A DNA stretch of 64,000 bases, from contig MFWV01000007.1 in the NCBI GenBank assembly GCA_001787405.1, positions 15,694 through 79,693 of the forward strand, in the 5' to 3' direction. The position numbers and the translations under genes are program-made. A model generated the notes under the pieces. It ran no database searches. It was not told the DNA's origin and saw nothing but the letters and a program-made list of their open reading frames with translations. Numbering within the stretch: the first letter of the stretch is position 1; every line of letters starts with the position of its first letter. Positions 51,483 to 60,603 of this stretch are shown in pieces. This DNA comes from Candidatus Pacebacteria bacterium RIFOXYA1_FULL_38_18. GTDB lineage: Bacteria; Patescibacteriota; Microgenomatia; UBA1400; PJMF01.

Positions 51483-51517
51483 TGGGAATCAATTACCAAT
51501 TTTTTGGTTAGTTCTGG

Positions 51518-52735
51518 CTATTTTGAAGTTTCATTGCTGGAAAGAATTAAGACTAATAAAACTCCTCCTATCCACTGTGTGACTAAATAGTGGTCCAAGC
51601 TGAGGATGACTGCCAACAACAGCCACCAAGCAGGATCAATCTTGAGTGTTTGTTTTTTAATCAATAAATAAATGATGAGTAAACCTAACAAACCAGTTTC
51701 CGCAATAAATAGTAAAGGTGCGTTATGAGTAGGTTGAATAAATCTAATCAGTTCATTGGCATTAAAAACTGGTGTTTTGAGAGTGGTGGTAAACATTCCC
51801 ACCCCCACACCGGTGAGTGGTTGTTGAGTGATGACAGCGATGGTCTGGCTATTGAGAAAGTTTCTTCTAAACAAAGACTCGGTTTGCAGTTGGGCTGGAA
51901 CGAGAAAAATCAAAAGAGGAATTAGGATCAATAAATTACTGGCCAAATAATAACCAATCTTTTTCAATTTGGGAAAACTTTGTAAACCTAGAAATAAACT
52001 AAAGCCAATGATGGCAGTAAATGATTGAGTGAGAAATAATGCCCAACTGCTCAAAGCAATTATTATCAATTCCCACCAACCAAACTGTTTTTTGAATTTG
52101 GCTTGCAACTGCAACCAGATCAAACTAAAAATAGCGATTACACCGGCCAAAATATTGGGGTGAGCAGTAGTCCCGTAAGGCAAAATCATTTCTCCAGATT
52201 TGAAATTTACTCTAGCAATATTGATTGCACCAGTTAGTTGTGTCTCTCCTAGCACTATATAGTCAAATAAAGATTTTTGGCGAAAGAACTGTAATGAAGC
52301 CACTGCAATTTGCAAACTCAAAGCCAGTAAAATTACGTGACGAAACAAAGGACGATTGATGATTGATTGATTGGCACGCAACAACCAAACAAATAAGCCC
52401 AGTTCGACAACTTTGGCTAAATATAAAAAAGAAACAGTTGGTAATGGAGTAAAAAACTGTCTAACAATTAATAAACTGAAAAAAAACAATAAAAATTTAT
52501 TTTTTTTCAAAAAATCAATAATTTTTGTTTTTTCTTGAATAATTTTTTTTGGCAACCATAAAAATAAAGCTAGTAAAAGCGGTATTTCACTGAGCCAAAA
52601 CTTTTGCACTAAGTAGTCAGTAAAAATTCCTCCCACATAAGCATTTAATTCTCCCCATTTTAAAAATAAATTTAAAGGAGCTAAAAAAATTGCTGCATAA
52701 ATTAGCAGTGATAAAACATTGGGTATGCGTTTCAT
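51518..52735 (-). CDS. O-antigen ligase (Wzy_C)-family membrane protein
   Basis: Multi-TM; YGTTAHPNILAG, LTQS, PLTGVGVGMF, QPTHN..LLFIAETGLLG. Confidence 0.82.
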   Translation of the reverse strand: MKRIPNVLSLLIYAAIFLAPLNLFLKWGELNAYVGGIFTDYLVQKFWLSEIPLLLALFLWLPKKIIQEKTKIIDFLKKNKFLLFFFSLLIVRQFFTPLPTVSFLYLAKVVELGLFVWLLRANQSIINRPLFRHVILLALSLQIAVASLQFFRQKSLFDYIVLGETQLTGAINIARVNFKSGEMILPYGTTAHPNILAGVIAIFSLIWLQLQAKFKKQFGWWELIIIALSSWALFLTQSFTAIIGFSLFLGLQSFPKLKKIGYYLASNLLILIPLLIFLVPAQLQTESLFRRNFLNSQTIAVITQQPLTGVGVGMFTTTLKTPVFNANELIRFIQPTHNAPLLFIAETGLLGLLIIYLLIKKQTLKIDPAWWLLLAVILSLDHYLVTQWIGGVLLVLILSSNETSK

Positions 52736-52742
52736 TTAAAAA

Positions 52743-54716
52743 TTATTCTAACTTACCGACCAATTTTGCTTGATAGGTTTTTTCTATTACTTTAACAATA
52801 CGTTTGCGAAGAGGACGAACATTTTCATTGGTAAGATTTTTTTGAGGATCCCAATATTCTATAGTTAAGGTGTAATTTTGTTGATAAACTCCTTTTAACA
52901 AAACAGTTTTGATTTTGGGACTAAGCTCACTAATATCTGTGATAATAGGACCAATAAAAGTTTTTGTGGGCAAAGTAAAGGTGAGCTGTTCAATGACGCT
53001 GGCAGTTTTTGGCAGTGGTTGATAGTGAGGATGAGTTTTCATTAAAGGCAATAGTTGAGTAAAAATAATTTCTATAATAGTTATTTTGTCGATAACTTTT
53101 AATTGTCCAATTCTAATATCATCGACTTTAATGAAACCAGCGTCTTCATTTAAATTTGGTTTGACCGTGACATTGGAAATATGAAATTTTTTCAATAAAC
53201 TGATTAAATCTCCCTTCACTTTGGGAAAAGATTTGTTAGATGCCAAACTCAAATGCAAAACTTCTTTTGGCAAACCATGATTTTGCGGATGATAAACATG
53301 AGCCAGTTCAAAAACAGAAAGCTCGGGTAGATGAGAATTAGTTTCTATTACTTGTAACAATGATGGAATCAATGATCGTCGCAAATAAGTTTTATCATCT
53401 GTCAGAGGATTGATTAATTTAGCGTGGCTGGCGACCGACCAGTTACTCTTTTTTGCTAGTTCTTCGCTAATCAAAGAATAGGTATAAACTTCTTGCCAGC
53501 CAATATTGCTCAAATAATGTTTGGCAATGTTTTCTGCTTGAAAGTTAGTGTCCGTCTGCTGGCTCAAAGGAATACTGGTTGCCATCAGTTTGCTTGGTAG
53601 TTGGTGATAGCCGTAAATGCGAGCAATTTCTTCAATAATATCTACAGGAATATTTAGATCTCTGCGAAAAGTTGGCGGTATTATTCTCAGTGTTTCTCTA
53701 GTAATTTTTACCTGACATTCCAAAGCTGACAAAATATCAATGATTTTTTTCGTTGGTAATACCAATCCCAAATAAGCGTGAATTTTATGTAAATCAAGAG
53801 TGATTGTAGGAGGTATTTTTTGATTGGGAAAAGCATCATAAACTTCACTAGCAATTTGGGCATTGCACAACTCTTGATAAAGCTGAACAGCTTTGACCAT
53901 GGTTGGTTCTGCCAAATGAGGATCAATCCCCTTCTCCGCCAGTTGGGCAGCGACGGTGCGAATGGCGTGAGTCATGGAAGCAAATCGAATCTTGGTGGGA
54001 TCAATGGACTCAATCCACAATAAAATATTTTTTGTGTTAGCGCTGACTGCACTGTTGCTAGTACCCTTGATGGCTGGCAAATCAATGATTTTTCCAGCTG
54101 GATTTTTATAAACCACTTCTCCACCAGTAGCAACATAATTTTCTCCATCGAGTGTAGTAAATTTCTCTCCTTTTTTGGCTAGAGTAATAATGATTTCTCC
54201 GCCCAGTTGCATGATGCGATCATAGTCAAAAGCATGAATGGGATGACCTTGTTCATGAGTGACGTAGTTGGTGATATCAATGGCAGCATCGTGAACATTG
54301 GCCTCAATTAACTGCAATCTATCAGCCATCCATTTGGGAGTTGGCTGGCGTTGAACATTTTGTAAAATAACACCGCTCATTCTGGAACAGAGTTTGGTTT
54401 TATCAGTAATTTTGGGTAAGGGTAATAATTGTTTGCTGGTTGGTTTAATTTGGGCAAAGCTTAGAGAATTTTTGACCAATTTTGCAGGTATATCAAATTG
54501 TTTCAAAATTACGGCTGCTTCGCGAGCAACACCTCGCACGCTCATACTATCCACGCGGTTGGTAGTTATTTCTATATCATAGACTCGTTCGCGACCATGC
54601 TCATAAACTCTTTCTATTGAAGGACCGGAAAGTGAGAGATATTCTTGAATTTTTTCAGGAACAGCTTCGGTTTTTAACTGCTCCAATAGCCAGTGGTGAG
54701 GAATTAAAATATTCAT
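52743..54716 (-). CDS. pheT: Phenylalanine--tRNA ligase beta subunit (without the OB-fold B2 domain)
   Basis: EITTNRVD, DITNYV, PIHAFD, RRDL...DIIEEIARIYGY, LRRSLIP. Confidence 0.94.
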   Translation of the reverse strand: MNILIPHHWLLEQLKTEAVPEKIQEYLSLSGPSIERVYEHGRERVYDIEITTNRVDSMSVRGVAREAAVILKQFDIPAKLVKNSLSFAQIKPTSKQLLPLPKITDKTKLCSRMSGVILQNVQRQPTPKWMADRLQLIEANVHDAAIDITNYVTHEQGHPIHAFDYDRIMQLGGEIIITLAKKGEKFTTLDGENYVATGGEVVYKNPAGKIIDLPAIKGTSNSAVSANTKNILLWIESIDPTKIRFASMTHAIRTVAAQLAEKGIDPHLAEPTMVKAVQLYQELCNAQIASEVYDAFPNQKIPPTITLDLHKIHAYLGLVLPTKKIIDILSALECQVKITRETLRIIPPTFRRDLNIPVDIIEEIARIYGYHQLPSKLMATSIPLSQQTDTNFQAENIAKHYLSNIGWQEVYTYSLISEELAKKSNWSVASHAKLINPLTDDKTYLRRSLIPSLLQVIETNSHLPELSVFELAHVYHPQNHGLPKEVLHLSLASNKSFPKVKGDLISLLKKFHISNVTVKPNLNEDAGFIKVDDIRIGQLKVIDKITIIEIIFTQLLPLMKTHPHYQPLPKTASVIEQLTFTLPTKTFIGPIITDISELSPKIKTVLLKGVYQQNYTLTIEYWDPQKNLTNENVRPLRKRIVKVIEKTYQAKLVGKLE

Positions 54717-54717
54717 A

Positions 54718-55761
54718 TTAAAATTGTTCAAAAAATCTCATCTCTTCAGAATAAAGTAAACGGATATCATCAATGTTCAGACCTTCTTTAAGAGTGTAGG
54801 TACGCTCTACTCCCCAACCGAAGGCAAAACCAGTGTATTTATTGGGATCAATGCCCCCAGCTTTTAATACATTGGGATGAACCATCCCTGCTCCGCCCAC
54901 TTCATGCCAACCTGATTTGCAAAAACTACACTTCTCTCCTCCAATCAGACCAGTGCCATGACAAAGATGACAACTAAAATCAACTTCAAATGAAGGTTCG
55001 GTAAATTGAAAATGAAAGGGTCTAATTCTACTTTTAGTGCCAGGTCCATAGAATTCTTTGGCGAAATAATCCAGCGTGCCTTTGAGATGTTGAATATTGA
55101 TGCCTTGGTCTACCACCAATCCTTCGAATTGATGAAACATTTGAGTATGAGTGACATCTTGTTGGCGACGATAGCAACGAGCGATATTAATCATTCTGAT
55201 GGGTGGTTTGCCTTTTAATCTCTCCATTTCCCTCACTTGTCCATTGGAAGTATGTGGTGTGAGCACGATCTTGCCCATTTTTTTGTCAGCAGGCAAATCA
55301 ACAAAAAAAGTTTCCCATTCATCGCGAGCTGGATGGTCAGGGGGCATATTTAATGACCCAAAAGCATAATAGTCCCAATCTACCTCTGGATATCTAGCTC
55401 TAGTGAAACCAATTTTTTTAAAAATCTCGGAAATTTCTTCGATGGCTTGAGAAACTGGATGCAAATGACCCTGAGGAGGTAGTGTCCCAGGAAAAGTGAG
55501 ATCTACCCAGTCTTCCGCTTTATGTAGCTGAAGGTTACCCAGTTTGGTTTGTAAGGAGTTTTTTAAGGCATTGAGTAGCTTTCCAGCCTGTTTGCGATCC
55601 TTTGGAGAGATGTCTTTAATTTGTTTGGAAAGTTCATTGAATAGACCTCTTTTGCCTAGATACTTAGTATTTAGTTTTTGCGGATCCAATTCTGTTTCGT
55701 GATCTAGTTGTTGTTCTAAAGTCTGAATTGCTTGCTCCAAACTAGTTAGCGAAATTTCCAT
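54718..55761 (-). CDS. pheS: Phenylalanine--tRNA ligase alpha subunit
   Basis: HPAR, PHTS, THTQMFHQFEG, FQFTEPS, GAGMVHP, FAFGWGVER. Confidence 0.96.
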   Translation of the reverse strand: MEISLTSLEQAIQTLEQQLDHETELDPQKLNTKYLGKRGLFNELSKQIKDISPKDRKQAGKLLNALKNSLQTKLGNLQLHKAEDWVDLTFPGTLPPQGHLHPVSQAIEEISEIFKKIGFTRARYPEVDWDYYAFGSLNMPPDHPARDEWETFFVDLPADKKMGKIVLTPHTSNGQVREMERLKGKPPIRMINIARCYRRQQDVTHTQMFHQFEGLVVDQGINIQHLKGTLDYFAKEFYGPGTKSRIRPFHFQFTEPSFEVDFSCHLCHGTGLIGGEKCSFCKSGWHEVGGAGMVHPNVLKAGGIDPNKYTGFAFGWGVERTYTLKEGLNIDDIRLLYSEEMRFFEQF

Positions 55762-55826
55762 ATATACCATTCTAACAGCAGACCTAAAAAATTATTATGC
55801 AATAGGTCTAATTAATTTTTGATTTT

Positions 55827-55850
55827 AAAAAACCCCCTTGCGGGGGTTTT
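55827..55850 (-). terminator. Rho-independent terminator after rplT
   Basis: AAAACCCCC-TTGC-GGGGGTTTT with a U-tract on the minus strand. Confidence 0.8.
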
Positions 55851-55869
55851 GCTTTTTTTTGATTTTTAC

Positions 55870-56232
55870 TTATTTGCCAGCACCCCGAGCTTTATCAATG
55901 ATGCTTTTAAATGTTTTTTCATCACGAATTGCAATCTCGGAAAGCATTTTGCGATTCAAAGAAATATTAGCTTTTTTGAGAGCATTAATAAATCTAGAAT
56001 AATTAAAAGTACTTTCCAGTTTGGTCAAAGCGGCGTTTACTCTCATAATCCACAACTTACGTATGTCACGTTTTCTTAATTTACGACCAATAAAAGCATA
56101 TTGACCGGCGTGCAGTGATGCTTCTTTGGCGCGTTTATATAAACGACTGTTTGTTCCTCGATAACCTTTATTAAGTTTGAGAATTTTTTTATGACGTCTG
56201 CGTCTGACAACTCCTGTTTTGGTTCGTGACAT
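55870..56232 (-). CDS. rplT: 50S ribosomal protein L20
   Basis: RRRHKKIL...KGYRG, RKLWIMRVNAA, YSRFI, LNRKMLSEIA. Confidence 0.98.
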   Translation of the reverse strand: MSRTKTGVVRRRRHKKILKLNKGYRGTNSRLYKRAKEASLHAGQYAFIGRKLRKRDIRKLWIMRVNAALTKLESTFNYSRFINALKKANISLNRKMLSEIAIRDEKTFKSIIDKARGAGK

Positions 56233-56251
56233 ATTTTACTTTCTTGTAAAT

Positions 56252-56455
56252 TTAAGCGATGCCCAGCATGCGCTTGGCCTTTGTTGCCCATTTGCCTTTT
56301 ACCTCAACTAAAATGCGGTAATTGCGCTTGGCCTTTTTACTTTTATTACGTTGTAAATGTCGTTGATTTTGCACACGACGCATTACCTTACCGCTTCCGG
56401 TAATCTTGAAGCGTCGGTTGGCACCTTTTCTGGTTTTTTGTTTAATTTTTTTCAT
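56252..56455 (-). CDS. rpmI: 50S ribosomal protein L35
   Basis: KQKTRKGANRRFKITGSGK; between infC and rplT. Confidence 0.95.
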   Translation of the reverse strand: MKKIKQKTRKGANRRFKITGSGKVMRRVQNQRHLQRNKSKKAKRNYRILVEVKGKWATKAKRMLGIA

Positions 56456-57003
56456 TTTTTCTTGCTTGTGGGTGAAAGTTGAGCCATCAGCTTTCTACCC
56501 ATCATTTTTGGTTTGATTTCTATCACAGCAATATCTGCTGTTCGTTCAAAGATTTTATCAAATAACTCAAATCCAAATTCTTTTTTAGTAATAGCTCTTC
56601 CTTTGAAAAGAAGATCTAGGCGAACCTTATCCCCTCTTTTTAAGAATGTAATTACTTTTTTCAAGCGAGCCTCGAAATCTCCCTCAGCCATAAAGGGGCT
56701 AAAGCGGATTTCTTTGAGCTCTTGTGTCTTGGCGTGTTTTCGATCTTCGGCTTGTTTTTGCTGAAGTTGATATTTATGCTTCGACAACTCAATAATTTTA
56801 ACGACCGGCGGTTGTGCCTGTTCAGTGATTAAAACCAAGTCTTTACCGGCTTCCCTAGCCTTTTCCATGGCCTCAGCCGTAGTCATTATCCCCAAGGCCT
56901 CTCCCCTTTCCGCCAGGACTCTTACCTGAGGAAAGCGAATATGATGATTGGCCTTTATAAAGTCTTTTATTCTTCTGCCGCGTATATTTCTGTTTTGAAT
57001 CAC
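56452..57003 (-). CDS. infC: Translation initiation factor IF-3
   Basis: IRFPQVRV, DLVLI, PPVVKI, LKEIRF, GDKV, FKGR; non-AUG start (GTG 57003 or ATT 57000). Confidence 0.96.
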   Translation of the reverse strand: MIQNRNIRGRRIKDFIKANHHIRFPQVRVLAERGEALGIMTTAEAMEKAREAGKDLVLITEQAQPPVVKIIELSKHKYQLQQKQAEDRKHAKTQELKEIRFSPFMAEGDFEARLKKVITFLKRGDKVRLDLLFKGRAITKKEFGFELFDKIFERTADIAVIEIKPKMMGRKLMAQLSPTSKKK

Positions 57004-57102
57004 TATGTTTATTATATGTTTCTATTAATTACTGGGCAAGACTCTCAACTAAGGTTCTTGACCCGAGAACAACAAGGGGCAATTATATCATCTCCTCGAT
57101 AA

Positions 57103-57131
57103 TTGTGAAATCCAGATTAGTTGGGTATAAT
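57103..57131 (+). promoter_or_regulatory. Promoter of tRNA-Val, back-to-back with the infC promoter
   Basis: TTGTGA-17 bp-TATAAT; opposite strand has TGATATAAT at about 57082-57090. Confidence 0.7.
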
Positions 57132-57142
57132 CCCTAACGTGC

Positions 57143-57216
57143 GAGCTCGTAGCTCAGTTGGTTAGAGCGCTTCGTTGACATCGAAGAGGTCAGAGGTTCG
57201 AGTCCCCTCGAGCTCA
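57143..57216 (+). tRNA. tRNA-Val(GAC), CCA not encoded
   Basis: GAGCTCG...CGAGCTC-A acceptor, anticodon arm CTTCG-TTGACAT-CGAAG, TTCGAGT T-loop. Confidence 0.95.
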
Positions 57217-57242
57217 CATAAATTTTCTCTGGAAAGCTTTAA

Positions 57243-57830
57243 TTAAGCGCCAGTGCTACCCAAGGCACGTTCGTGATGGAATGTGTCCTGAATTTCTTTA
57301 GTTTTTGCACCTGGGCCTTTTTTGCGTTGTTTAATTTTAAAAACCTGAGACCAATTTCCGGTATAGGCTTCAATAAATTGTTTGGCTTTTTCCAGCAGAC
57401 CATTGGCGCTGGATCCTCTTTGACCAGTTGCTACGACTGGAGCTTCAAGCACTTTTGGTTGTGCTTCTGGAACAATTTGTCTTTGAGTAGCTAGCTGACG
57501 CAATTCTTGTACCAATGCTTCTTCTTTTCTTCGATCTTCTTCTTTTTGGGCTGCAAAAATCTCGGTTTGATCCGCAGGATTCACACGATCATGTTGCTCT
57601 TGGCTCAAAAGTTGTTTTTTCAACTCTTCTTCACGCATTTCGGCAAATTTCTTTTCCCAGTTTGGATCCATATCTTGAGGATTTTGATCTGTTAGATCAG
57701 CTACACCATTAGAGGATTCTTTGACGAGGGATTCTGCTTCTTCATCAGGCACAACACCAATAGCCTCACTTTTGGAAGCAGTTTGCATTGCTGTTGCAAA
57801 TGGATTTAATTTAGGTGTTTGTCCTGCCAT
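57243..57830 (-). CDS. Hypothetical protein
   Basis: 195-aa charged, helical ORF; no motif recognised. Confidence 0.7.
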   Translation of the reverse strand: MAGQTPKLNPFATAMQTASKSEAIGVVPDEEAESLVKESSNGVADLTDQNPQDMDPNWEKKFAEMREEELKKQLLSQEQHDRVNPADQTEIFAAQKEEDRRKEEALVQELRQLATQRQIVPEAQPKVLEAPVVATGQRGSSANGLLEKAKQFIEAYTGNWSQVFKIKQRKKGPGAKTKEIQDTFHHERALGSTGA

Positions 57831-57913
57831 ACTCGGTATTATAGGTTCTTAGCCTGGTAGCTGTCAAGTTGGGCAGATAAAATAATTAAAAATCTTCGAA
57901 TGACCAGAGATTA

Positions 57914-58939
57914 CTACATTTTTAGTAAATAGTCCACTACTTTTTGTTTAATCAGATTGGTGTTGAGATGTCCCAAATAATGGGGATCTTTACTCAATTG
58001 CTCTGCCTGTTTTTCGTCTTTGATTTGTTTGAAGTATTCAGCTCGATCTTGATCGGTAACGGTTAGTTGCTTTTCTCTAGCAATTGCACCCAGGACAAGA
58101 TCAAGTTGAAGACGATTAAGAGTGGAAATAGCTAATTCTTGAGAAAGTTTATCCATGTCCATGTTTCTGCGTTTGAGATAATCGTCAATGGAGATACCCA
58201 GTTGTTTAAGCTGACCGATTAGATGCTCAAATTCATGTTGAGTTTCATGTTTGAGCAGCATTTCCGGCACTTGAGGTTTGAGTTGCAGAACCAATTCACG
58301 GAAAATATGTTGAAGCTTGATTTCTTTTACTTGTTGATCAGTGGGGGCTGACTGAGGACTGGTCGTGGTCTTGGTTTTATTTTCTGAGTCAGGTTTTATA
58401 AGCTTGGCTGACTTGTCTGTTTTAATAGCTTTTTTTTGTTCAGCTAGAGTTTTTTCTCCTGCTTTGAGACCTGCTTTGACGTGTTTTTGATAATCTTTCA
58501 AATTAACGGTGGGTAATTGAGCAAATTGTACTTCTACTACCCAATCTTTACCCATCTCAACCGAAACGATCGAGAATTCTGGTTGAGTAATGGGAGTTTT
58601 TTTATTTTCTTGAAGAGCTTTTTGATAAGCCTCTGGCAAGAGAGTATCCAACACATGTTCAATGATTTTTGCTTGACCTAGTTTTTCTTCAGCAATTTTA
58701 TTGGGAACTTTGCCTTTACGAAAACCAGATGTGGCAACACTTTTAGATAGTTGTTTCAAGATTTGTTCATATTTTTGAGCAACTTGAGCTTTAGCCAGAG
58801 TGATAGTTAGTTTGACGTTGGGGATAATCAGTGAGGTACCAGTTGATTTTTCAGTCGGTTTTGCTGATTTTTCAGTCGGTTTTGCTGATTTAGCAGTTGT
58901 TTTTTTGGCTATTTTGCCGGAGTTATTCTTTTGAGTCAT
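57914..58939 (-). CDS. tig: Trigger factor lacking the PPIase (FKBP) domain
   Basis: Ribosome-binding signature GFRKGKVP and C-terminal chaperone domain joined by a short Lys/Thr-rich linker. Confidence 0.88.
   Translation of the reverse strand: MTQKNNSGKIAKKTTAKSAKPTEKSAKPTEKSTGTSLIIPNVKLTITLAKAQVAQKYEQILKQLSKSVATSGFRKGKVPNKIAEEKLGQAKIIEHVLDTLLPEAYQKALQENKKTPITQPEFSIVSVEMGKDWVVEVQFAQLPTVNLKDYQKHVKAGLKAGEKTLAEQKKAIKTDKSAKLIKPDSENKTKTTTSPQSAPTDQQVKEIKLQHIFRELVLQLKPQVPEMLLKHETQHEFEHLIGQLKQLGISIDDYLKRRNMDMDKLSQELAISTLNRLQLDLVLGAIAREKQLTVTDQDRAEYFKQIKDEKQAEQLSKDPHYLGHLNTNLIKQKVVDYLLKM
58844..58885. repeat. 21-bp tandem duplication in the tig 5' region
   Basis: TGATTTTTCAGTCGGTTTTGC x2 (AKPTEKS x2). 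Confidence 0.9.
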
Positions 58940-59018
58940 GCGGGAATTATACCTCATTGTGCGCAGGGGTAAACCTCATTGGGATTTTTCTTAATATGTT
59001 AAAAACTTGTCATTTTGC

Positions 59019-59052
59019 TGTTATATATTTGTTATATAACAACGATATAACA
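59019..59052. promoter_or_regulatory. Concentric palindromic operator upstream of the RHH gene
   Basis: TGTTATAT..TTGTTATATAACAA..ATATAACA; outer and inner pairs share the same dyad axis. Confidence 0.7.
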
Positions 59053-59069
59053 AAGACATACCTGAAAAT

Positions 59070-59381
59070 ATGCCTAAAATAAGTGTTTTCATACCAGCTT
59101 ACCTCAAGACGGAAGCTGAGCAACTAATTAAAGAGGGACATTTTGTTTCCTTAAGCGATTTAATTAGAACTGCTTTGCGAAAAACAATTGACCAGGCACA
59201 GCAGAACTTTATTTTTCATGAATTCAAACGAGAATATCGTCGTGGCGGAGCAATAGTGTTAGAAAATCCCAGAGATGTTGAGGTTTTTCTGGAAACAGTT
59301 GCTAATAAGGGCGAAAAGATTAAAGAGCTTTTTCAACCAGCCAGAAAACATATTTATCAGAAACGAAAGATAAAGTTTTAG
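59070..59381 (+). CDS. Ribbon-helix-helix (CopG/ParD-like) DNA-binding protein
   Basis: KISVFIP beta strand, then L..EG.F.S.SDLIRTALR. Confidence 0.78.
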   Translation: MPKISVFIPAYLKTEAEQLIKEGHFVSLSDLIRTALRKTIDQAQQNFIFHEFKREYRRGGAIVLENPRDVEVFLETVANKGEKIKELFQPARKHIYQKRKIKF

Positions 59382-59446
59382 TTGGCGGTTTGAAGTTCGG
59401 TTGAATATTCAAAGTTTAATTACTCGCTCGAAGTTTGTTTAAATAT

Positions 59447-60490
59447 TCAAAGTTTAACCACTTGCTCGATTAATCGATTGCAATAACCCCATTCATTGTC
59501 ATACCAGCTAATTATTTTGACTAAATTGCCGCCAATTACTTGGGTCATTTCCAAATCCACGATGCTTGACTCTGATCGACCGATGATGTCAGAAGAAACC
59601 AATGGTTCTCGAGTGACGGCAAGAATTCCCCGCCATTTATCTGATTGAGAGGCTTCTTCAAAAACACGATTTACTTCTTCGACAGTGGTGTCTTTTTTGG
59701 TAATAAACACCATGTCTGACAGTGAGCCGGTAGCGACAGGAACGCGCACTGATAATCCATCAAACAAACCATCTAGTTCTGGAATAACTTGCCCAGTAGC
59801 TTTGGCTGCTCCGGTCGAAGTGGGCACAATGTTCATTGCTGCTGCTCTGGCACGACGCAAATCTTTATGAGAATTATCATGCAGATTTTGATCATCGGTG
59901 TAGGCGTGAATAGTGGTTAGGGTAGCCTTCTCTACTCCAAAATGGTCAACCATGACTTGTGCAACCGTAGCAACGCATTGAGTGGTGCAGGAAGCATTGG
60001 AATGAAGATTCTGATTGGGATCAAGCTGATTGATTCCCAGCACTCCCATTTCCACACCGTCTCCTTTGGCTGGTGCGGAAATGATGACTTGTTTGGCTCC
60101 GGCAGTGAGGTGTGCCTGAGCTTTTTCTGCAGTTCTGAAGGCTCCTGTTGATTCGATGACGGTTGCCACTTCTAGTTTATTCCAAGGAATTTTGGCTGGA
60201 TCGCGTTGAGCAGTGATGGTGATGGCTTGACCATCTATGAGTAATTTACCCAAGACTGGATTCTCATCAGTAACCTGATCTTTGGTTTGTTGAACTTCAA
60301 CTTCGATTTTGCCAGGAAATTGTCCGTAGTTGGAATCATATTTCAAAAGGTGAGCCCATCCCTCAAGATCCATAGAGCCAGAAGTATTAATTGCTTTGAG
60401 CTCTAAAGTATCTCGATGATTTTTCCACCAAACTCGTAAAGCCACTCGGCCAATGCGTCCAAAACCATTGATGCCAAAATTCTTTTTCAT
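59447..60490 (-). CDS. gap: Glyceraldehyde-3-phosphate dehydrogenase type I
   Basis: GINGFGRIGR, ASCTTQC, PTSTGAAKA, WYDNEWGY. Confidence 0.97.
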   Translation of the reverse strand: MKKNFGINGFGRIGRVALRVWWKNHRDTLELKAINTSGSMDLEGWAHLLKYDSNYGQFPGKIEVEVQQTKDQVTDENPVLGKLLIDGQAITITAQRDPAKIPWNKLEVATVIESTGAFRTAEKAQAHLTAGAKQVIISAPAKGDGVEMGVLGINQLDPNQNLHSNASCTTQCVATVAQVMVDHFGVEKATLTTIHAYTDDQNLHDNSHKDLRRARAAAMNIVPTSTGAAKATGQVIPELDGLFDGLSVRVPVATGSLSDMVFITKKDTTVEEVNRVFEEASQSDKWRGILAVTREPLVSSDIIGRSESSIVDLEMTQVIGGNLVKIISWYDNEWGYCNRLIEQVVKL

Positions 60491-60603
60491 GAGTTTCCTT
60501 TTTTAAATAAACTACTAATTTGAAGCAAATTTTAATTTATTGTTGATTAATCTAAGCTTACCCTATTAATATATCTCAATTAATACATTTTTAAAGTTTT
60601 TTC

